Assembly (NCBI GenBank): GCA_002104905.1
Contig: MCFE01000342.1
Coordinates: 1-64,000 of the forward strand
Source: Basidiobolus meristosporus CBS 931.73
Taxonomy: Eukaryota > Fungi > Basidiobolomycota
Direction of reading: 5' to 3'
Length of the DNA stretch: 64,000 nt
Notes under the pieces: model-generated
The model's database searches: none
Seen by the model: the letters and a program-made list of their open reading frames with translations, nothing else
What the model was told of the DNA's origin: nothing
Part shown: positions 56,350-64,000 of the stretch, piece by piece
How the letters are laid out: every line of letters starts with the position of its first letter
Position numbering within the stretch: position 1 is the stretch's first letter
Made by a program: the position numbers and the translations under genes

Positions 56350-59300
56350 TTCCTTCTCCCTGATGGATTCTAGCCCACTTATAGGTGCACTATAGCTCTT
56401 GTTTGGGTGAATTCTATATTAAATGGTGTAGAAATTGGCTCATGACTAAGAGAAATCTGGCATACCTTAGTAGTGCTTTGCAGATCAAAATTAGTTGCTT
56501 GTTGTACCTAACCCAACTTTGCATTATCAATTACCCACACACTGGGACTGCTTAGCTTCTTAATGCCATAGGCATAGGTGTCCCATGTGCACATCTGTCC
56601 TCAGTATTTTCAAACTCATCCTGGCTGTGTTACAAGTCTTGGTATAAGAGTTGTAGAGGAATAGGGAGTTTAGCTAGTATTGTATTTACTAAAACTTGAA
56701 CCAATTTTTATTGAGGTTCCAGCAGCTCCTTAAATACATTTTGCCAGATCAATTGCAGACTAATTGTATTTCCTAATGTAGGTTGTGGCTGATGACTCAT
56801 TTGATTGCATCAACATCACCCAATAAGATCCTACTTAATAAATCTATTTCTGTCTGATAAGGATCAGCTGATTCATTTGCTGACTAATGCTACTGACTTC
56901 ATAGATAATACTGATACACTGATAACCTAAACATATACTAATTGATTTTGACTAAATACTGATCTAACATAAACCTTCAAGCGGCAGATCATAACATTCT
57001 CCCCTACTAAAGTTGAGAGGGTTCTCCTGAGTCTCTTTTCTTGTGATACCAATATCTTGATGGTTCAGTATTATCAGCAAGTCTTGCAAGCTTGAGTCTG
57101 TCCCTATGCACTAAGTCTTCCTGGATATTGCCTTGTTTGTCCACCAGTTGGTAAGTTGCAAATGGACATTCTCTGATGATCTTGAATGGACCTGTCCATT
57201 GTGGCTCAAACTTCTTCCAAGTGTTGTTTCTTGGCAATACAAAGTTCCCAACTGTCAATGCTTCTGGTGCTATAGTCTTATCAAATCTCTGCTTCATTTT
57301 TTCTGCACTTTGAGATACTTTGGTCCGTGCCTCTTGACGTCTTTGTTCCAGTTGCTGGTGACTACTTGGCTGACTAAGTTCATCTTCTAAGGCATCTGTA
57401 AGCTTGGGTTGTGTGAGATCTCCTGGAATCCTTGGTTCACATCCATACACTAAGTAAAATGGTAATTGCTGGGTGGTGTTGTGTACTCTGACTCTGCATG
57501 CAAAGAGTACTTGGTCTATATACTCATCCCATCTACTGACAACTCCATTTGCATACTTGGTCAGCATTTTTCCAAATAATCCATTAAACCGCTCAGTTAC
57601 TCCATTAGTTCTGGGATGAAATGCCAAGGTTTTCAAGTGTCTGATCTACTGCATTTCCAGGTAAGCCTCTAATGTCTTTGCCATGAGGTTTGCTCCTCTA
57701 TCAGATAAGATCTCCACAGGGCATCCAAACTTCATCAGGATCTCATGGTAAATGAAACTTGCAACTTTTTGTTCACTGGCTATTGGTACAGCTTAAGCAA
57801 CTGGCCATTTAGTGGCATGGTCAATTGCTACTAGGATCCAATGGTTGCATTTCCTGGTAGCTGGCAGTCTTCCAATAAAATCAATTTGCCATCTTTCAAA
57901 TGGTCTTACAGGCTCCAAGGGAAAGAGTTTGGCAATTCTCTGTGATTGTTCTGCTGAGTTCAGTTTCTTGGATTCAAAGGCAACAGGGTAGTCCTTCCCC
58001 TTGTGTTCTTGGCTCAGCACTCCACCAATTGCATAATCTGAAGCATCTGTGCACAGAGTGAACTCTTTTCTGAAGTCTGGTATTCTTAAGCTTGGCAGCT
58101 TAGCAAGCTCATTCTTGAGCGTCTGGAAGGCGGTCTCACAAGCTATGCCCCACTGGTAGGTATTGTCTTTCTTGAGGATATCAGTTAAAGGGGCTGCAAT
58201 ACTTGCAAGTGACTTGACAAATCTGCAACAATAGGAAACCATTCCAAGAAACGATCTGAGCTCTGATATGCTATGGGGCTGCTTCAACTTCTTGATTACT
58301 TCCACCTTCTTGGGGTCTAAGGTTACTCCTGTGCTAGTCACTATGTGTCCCAGATATTCTACATGTTCCTTGAGGAATTCACACTTGGGTAGCTTGCCAT
58401 AAAGCTAGTTCTCTCTTAGCTTCTTCAAGACCTTTGCAATGTGCACTAAGTGATCCTCTTCTGTCTTGCTGTATATCAGTATATCATCTAGGTGGATTAT
58501 GACAAACTTGTCTAAGTACTCCTGGAGGACAGTCTGCATCAGGGTCATGAAAGTTGCAAGGGCATTGGTGAGACCAAACCACATGACTAAGTACTTGTAA
58601 TGTCCATATCTGGTCCTAAATGCTGTCTTAGGAATATCTTTTGGTTTCACCCTAATTTGGTTGTATCCTGACATGAGGTCAATCTTGCTGAAAATGGTGG
58701 CTCCATTAAGTTGGTCCAAAAGCTCATCTATCCAAGGTATGGGGTACTTATTCTTGACGGTAACTGAGTTCCGGGCTCTGTAGTCAATGCACATCCTAAG
58801 TGTTCCATCCTTCTTTTTCACAAAAAGCACTGGTACTCCCCAGGGTGACTTGCTGGGCCAGATGTATCCTTGCTCCAATAGCTGATCAATTTGTCTCTTC
58901 ATTTCCTCTAATTCCAATGGACTCATTCTGTAAGATGTCTTGCTCACTGGAGGGCTATCTCCTGTGTCAATGGCATGATCCACCTCTCTGACTGGTGGTA
59001 GGCTTACAAGCTCATCTGGAAACACGTCCTAATATTTCTTCAAGAGAGTCTGGACCTGCTGGGGTGCTGGGGTAGAGGAATCCTCCTGTAAAACCGCCAT
59101 GAGGAACATCTGAGTACCTTTTCTAGGTACTCTACAGAACTGGGTCTTGCTAAGTTCACTTGTCTCACACATACTGGAATTGACCAAGTTAAAATCCAGC
59201 CTGGCAGGTAATTGCTCATAGGACTTGTTGTCTTTTTGGATCTGCGTAGCATGGGTTCTCCAGTTGATTGATGGATTACAACAAAATAGCCAGGTTTTTC

Positions 59301-61500
59301 CATGTACAAGGTCAAACTTGCAGTTCCCAAATATATAAGCCTGTAGGTCTTCTTCATAGTCATTGATCTTCATTCTTACTGGCTGGGTAATACGGTTGAT
59401 TATGTGGGAGTTCCCATCAGCTGTGGAGACTGAAGTTGATTTGGTAGGTTCTGAGTTGATTCCAGCTTTCAAAGCATATTGCTCTGACATGTACTCATGC
59501 AATGCTCCTGAGTCAATCATGATCTTGGCAGGTACTCCATTGATTACTCCATTCAAGTACAATAACTTCCCTGAGTTTGAAGTCATTTGGGACAAGTACT
59601 CTTCCATCACATAAAAGGTGAGTTCTGAGTCTTCTTCAAGCTCATCTTCCACATTACTGTGTTCATGGGACTCAATATGGTTGAAGGTTCTTGTTGGCTG
59701 GTGTCCATTTCTTTTCTGAGGGCAGTACTTTGCAATATGTCCCTGCTGGTGGCAATTGAAGCAAAGTCCTCTCTTCTTGCATTCTTCTGCATAGCATCTA
59801 TTTCCGTTGGTACTGCTTCTGATTATCTTCTTTCATAATGATTATAGCCTTTCTGATTAGTCACTGTAGGCTTAGCAACTCCAAACATAGCTGAATCATA
59901 GTCAATGGTAATCTTGATGGCTTCTTCAATAGTCTGAGGTCTTTGGTAATTCACTTCCTTTGGGTTCTTTCTTTCAACCCATCAATAAAGTATTCAACTT
60001 GATCCAAAGGGTCCATTCTTTCAATTTGTCCAAGTAGATATCTGTACTCATAGATGTATTCTTGCACCATTCCTGTCTGTCTGAGTGTCTTTAACTTCCT
60101 TCTTAGTAGTGTTTGCTGGTGTGCAGGTTCAGAAGCATCCTGAATTTCCAACACAAACTCATCCCAGGTAGAGATTGTAGAGCATCCCATCATAGTAGCT
60201 GACCTGATCTTGTTGTGGTACCACTGTAAAGCTGCATCTGCCAGGTAAGAGGCTGCATAATGCAACTTGCTCTCTGGAGCAATTCCTTTAACTTTAAAAG
60301 CTTCTTCAATCTGAAAGTGCCAAGTTCCCAGGTTTTCATTGACTCTGCCATGGTACTGGTTGACCCTCACCCTAAAGTTGCTCTTGACAGGGCTTTGCTG
60401 GCTCTGAGCCATGGTAGTCATTCCTTGTTGCTGTTGGCTGAGGATCTGGAGTAATTGTTGCTGTTGGGCCAGGATTTGCTGCATGGCATTCTTCCATTCT
60501 TGATTGTCCAACATCTTGAGGGTGGTTTCTTCTTTCTTCAGGAGGGAGGTTTCTGGTTATCGCTGCTACAAATGTTACAAGTCTTGGTATAAGAGTTGTA
60601 GAGGAATAGGGAGTTTAGATAGTATTGTATTCACTAAAACTTGAACTGATTTTTATTGAGGTTCTAGCAGCTCCTTATATACATTTTGCCAGATCAATTG
60701 CTGACTGATTGTATTTCCTAATGTAGGTTGTGGCTGATGACTCATTTGATTGCATCAACATCACCCAATAAGATCCTACTTAATAAATCTATTTCTGTCT
60801 GATAAGGATCTGCTGATTCATTTGCTGACTAATGCCACTGATTTATAGATAATACTGATATACTGATAACCTCAACATATACTAATTGATTTTGACTAAG
60901 AACTGATCTAACTTAAACATTCAAGCGGCAAATTATAACAGCTGTGCTCTGTGTGCCAACTCATTACATCCATGAAAGACTTGAAAGTAATATTCATAAC
61001 GAGAATGGAATATGAGAGTACCTATGACTTCATCTGTTTTCCCATCTCATCACACATCTGCTCCATAGGAAGCTCCCAAAAGGTGAAGCAAGGTCCAATA
61101 TTCTCAATGCACCAAGTAAGATGAAGTAGCAAATGGCTACAGTAGCAGATGAGATCTATGCATTCAGCTTTATGGCGGTAGTATAACCACTCCAATTCTG
61201 TCACAAACTCTTTGCACAAAACCTGTGGATACATCAAGTTGGCATTGGTGATCCACTTGTGAATAAATACTTCTAAAATTTCCACATATAACTCCTGTTG
61301 CTTCCAATATATTCTTGGTAGTAATGGCTTCCAAAGACCATTTGAATAAATGCACATCCAGTCCATTGGGTCCATGCACTTGCGTTGTTGCATATGCATA
61401 CAAATGCTGATTGGAGTCCTTGTGAAGTACTTAGAGTAACAGATATTTTGTAGTATCTTGCTAATTCTTTCAAGTCTCTCCAGTATCTCCAAGGGCTCAT
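56350..61500 (-). mobile_element. CACTA-like transposase core/C-terminal remnant, split by the Gypsy element at 56628-60940
   Basis: FVTELEWLYY..HLLLHL..CIENIGPCFTFWELPMEQMC at 61,022-61,500; flanks of the Gypsy element share a TSD. Confidence 0.7.
56628..60940 (-). mobile_element. Ty3/Gypsy element with both LTRs (56628-56996, 60573-60940), TSD GCTG, internal RNase H-integrase deletion
   Basis: Gag (YAASYLADAALQWY), knuckle, PR IDSGA, RT HLDD, DASDYAIGGVL, IN QIDFIG..TNGVTERFN; PPT AGGGGAGAA; GCTG at 56624-56627 and 60941-60944. Confidence 0.94.
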
Positions 61501-61502
61501 TT

Positions 61503-61768
61503 TGTTGCAATACTCTGAGGAGTATTGGAAGTGATGTGGAGAACTAGAGGACTTACATGTTATTCACTAGTAGATTTATTGATCAAAGTATGGTATTTAT
61601 ACTTTTGATAAAGTAGAGCAAACAAATTTGTAGAGTTTGTTAAGGAATGTCCCAAGAATATGTGTGCAAAGTTTTGGGGCTTTTGGACAACGCTAAGAAA
61701 TATCATAATCTGGGTACCTAATAATTTGTTAGCATGAAAGTTTAGGTGACAACTTAATAATTACAACA
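61503..61768 (-). mobile_element. Internally shortened Copia LTR, subfamily B
   Basis: Reverse complement matches LTR 42310-42658 closely; no TSD. Confidence 0.85.
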
Positions 61769-61769
61769 A

Positions 61770-63770
61770 TATCTTGAATTGATGGGTTTTGAACCAACTC
61801 AATGGAGACACCATACTCAGTAATATTGACCTCAAACCAGGATATATCCAGATTATGATGAAACCAGCAGATATCCCCAATACAATGTCCAGGATCAGAT
61901 ATGGATATAATGAATACTTAGTTGTAAGTTTTGGCCTCACCAATGACATTCATGACCTTGATGCAAACAGTCTTCCAGGAGCACTTAGACAAGCTTGTTG
62001 TAATCTACTTAGATGTGATACTGATTTAAACCAAGACAGAAGAGGACCACTTGAGGCAGATTGATAAGGTCCACAAGAAGCTAACAGAGTGCAAACTATA
62101 CGGCAAGCTAGGAAAGTGTGAGCTCTTCAAGGAACACATTGAGTGTCTGGGACTGATAGTAACTAGTACAGGAGTGATCTTAGACCCAAAGAAAGTGGAA
62201 GTTATCAAGAATCCAAGGCAGCCCTACAGTAATTTGGAGCTCAGCTCATTTCTTGGAAAGGCTTACTATAGCTTGAGACTTGTCAAGTCCATTGCAAGTG
62301 TTACAGCCCTTTGACTGATATTCTCCAGAAAGACAACACCTTTAAGTGGGATATAGCCTATCAGTTTGCCTTTTAGATGCACAAGAATGAGCTGACCAAG
62401 CTGCCAAGCTAAAAATACCTGACTTCAGGAAAGAGTTTACCCTCTGCACAGATGCCTCAGATTATGTAATTGGTGGACAACTGGGCTAATAACATGAAGG
62501 AAAGGAATACCCAGCTGTTTTTGAATCCAAGAGGTTGAACTCTGCAGAACAAAACTATCCAGTGCTTGGGAAGGAGATGCTTGCCTTAATATAGGGCTTA
62601 AAGACATAGAGATGCTACATTAAGGGAGTCAAGTGCGCTGTGAAGACTGATCATACCTCACTCAAGTATTTATTTACTCAGAGGGTACTATCTCAAAGAA
62701 TGACAAGATGGAGTGAATATACTCAGCAATTAGGCCTGGAAATTGTCTACTGCCTTGGGAAAGATAATACATTGCTGACACCTTGTCAAGACTGGAGCAA
62801 GTTGCTCAACCCAACCAGGTGCATGAGACAGATTGGCCTAGCCAATTATCAAGGCACTTAGGTGACCATGTCATTCTTGATGAGCTGGATGAAAATATAT
62901 AGAAACTATCTTGGATGAAGCTAGCAAATTTGTAACACAGGATGAAACACTCCACTAAGTTGATGATGGAAGCCCTATTACCTATTGCCCCATATTGCTT
63001 GCCTGGATTAAATATACAATCTAAACAATGGATATGGACAACTTGGAATTGAAGGAATCTATAGCCCTATAAAAGCTAGAGCATAGTGGCCCCAAATGAA
63101 GCAAGATATTAAAGCTAGTGAAAACATGCCCAAGTTGCAAAATCCACCAAGGTTAACCACAAAGTAAGCTGAAATCTTTCACTTTGAGCTTCCAAGACCA
63201 TATGAGAGATGCATTATTGACTTGACTGGAACACTGCCAACTACTAGGAAATGCAATTGGTGAGCTCTAGTAGTAAGTGACCATGCTACCAAATTAGCAG
63301 TGGTCAGAGCTTTACCAGTTACCTGTGAACAAGAAGCTGCAAGCTTCATCTGCCATGAGATCCTGATAAATCTTGTATGCCCTGTGAAGATCCTGTCTGA
63401 TAGAGGAGCAAACTTTATGGCAAGAACATTTGAAGACTGCCTGTATATGCAGCAGATCCAAAATTTGAGAATTTTGACATATCACCCTCTAACCAATGGT
63501 GTCACTTAGAGGTTAAATGCACTGCTTGGAAAAATACTGACCAAGTATGCGAATGAAGCTGCAAATGGGTGGGTCAGTCATATCAGTCAAGTACTGTGTG
63601 CCTGCACAGTCAGGATGCACAACACTACCTAACAATTGCCATTTTACTTAGTGTATAGATGTGAGCCATGGACTCCAGGAGACCTCACACAGACAACATT
63701 CAACAACAACTTGAACAACAAACTCACTCAGCCTAGTAGATTCCAGCAATTGGAGCAATAGTGCTCTTGC
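61770..63770 (+). mobile_element. Degraded Gypsy pol fragment, sister of 56628-60940
   Basis: RT, RNase H and IN remnants (VKTDHTSLKY, ILSDRGANFMA, YHPLTNGV) with many stops. Confidence 0.85.
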
Positions 63771-64000
63771 TGGTTCCCAACCTAACCCCACCACTGACAG
63801 CAGCAGAAGAACAGTTTGACAACAGCTTGCTTTGACATTCAGTGCAACAAGTGGGGCTACAACCAAAGAAAGTCCCTGTGGACAATGTGCCCACTGAAGT
63901 AAGTAATGCAGACTCCTCATGCTCTCAGTCAAGTAGGCTACTGGAATCTCTGTGGAGCCGCAAGCTGCCCATGTTGCTGAGGCATATTAAGTGTTGCAGA
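63770..64000 (+). mobile_element. Third fragment of the CACTA-associated ORF2 (5' part)
   Basis: Aligns with ~32,520-32,740 (ACAACAGCTTGCTTTGACATTCAGTGCAACAAG). Confidence 0.85.

Noticed and set aside
24445-64000. Classical ascomycete RIP (CpA) as the main mutational process
   Set aside because: Most paired-copy differences I inspected are at CpG, and CA/TG dinucleotides are abundant rather than depleted. A few CAA/CAG-to-stop changes exist, so a minor contribution is not excluded.
1-64000. CRISPR array, rRNA or prokaryotic operon/defence system
   Set aside because: No regularly spaced repeat-spacer array or rRNA-like sequence is present; the gene structure is spliceosomal and eukaryotic.

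Overview
Eukaryotic, intron-containing fungal-type DNA; an early-diverging fungus such as a Basidiobolus-like lineage is an inference from protein style only. The window has two sharply different compartments. (1) 1-~24,440 is gene-dense and CpG-normal: an NAD-dependent epimerase/SDR; a ~2.4 kb unit (class-3 lipase plus a divergent orphan ORF) present twice at ~3.97 kb spacing, with a subtilisin pseudogene between the copies; RPS30 (missed by the ORF track) sharing a (CCCTAA)n-containing promoter with a kinesin-3; NUP82; MRPL1; PPG1; and a bHLH factor. (2) ~24,445-64,000 contains no recognisable host gene. It is a strongly CpG-depleted pile of nested transposons: Copia, at least four Gypsy-type families, a CACTA-like two-gene element and a PIF/Harbinger-like (PHIS) two-gene element. 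The best-resolved structure is a four-level nest, reconstructed by hand from target-site duplications: Gypsy RT < solo LTR of family X (4-bp TSD) < 3.4 kb PHIS transposon (TIR AGACTTGTTCC, AAT TSD, intact DDE transposase, MADF-like partner) < a young 3.6 kb family-X element with 804-bp LTRs (identical by eye), a tRNA-Lys-type PBS and only a Gag-protease ORF. All alignments, intron calls and identities were made by eye; no database searches were run.
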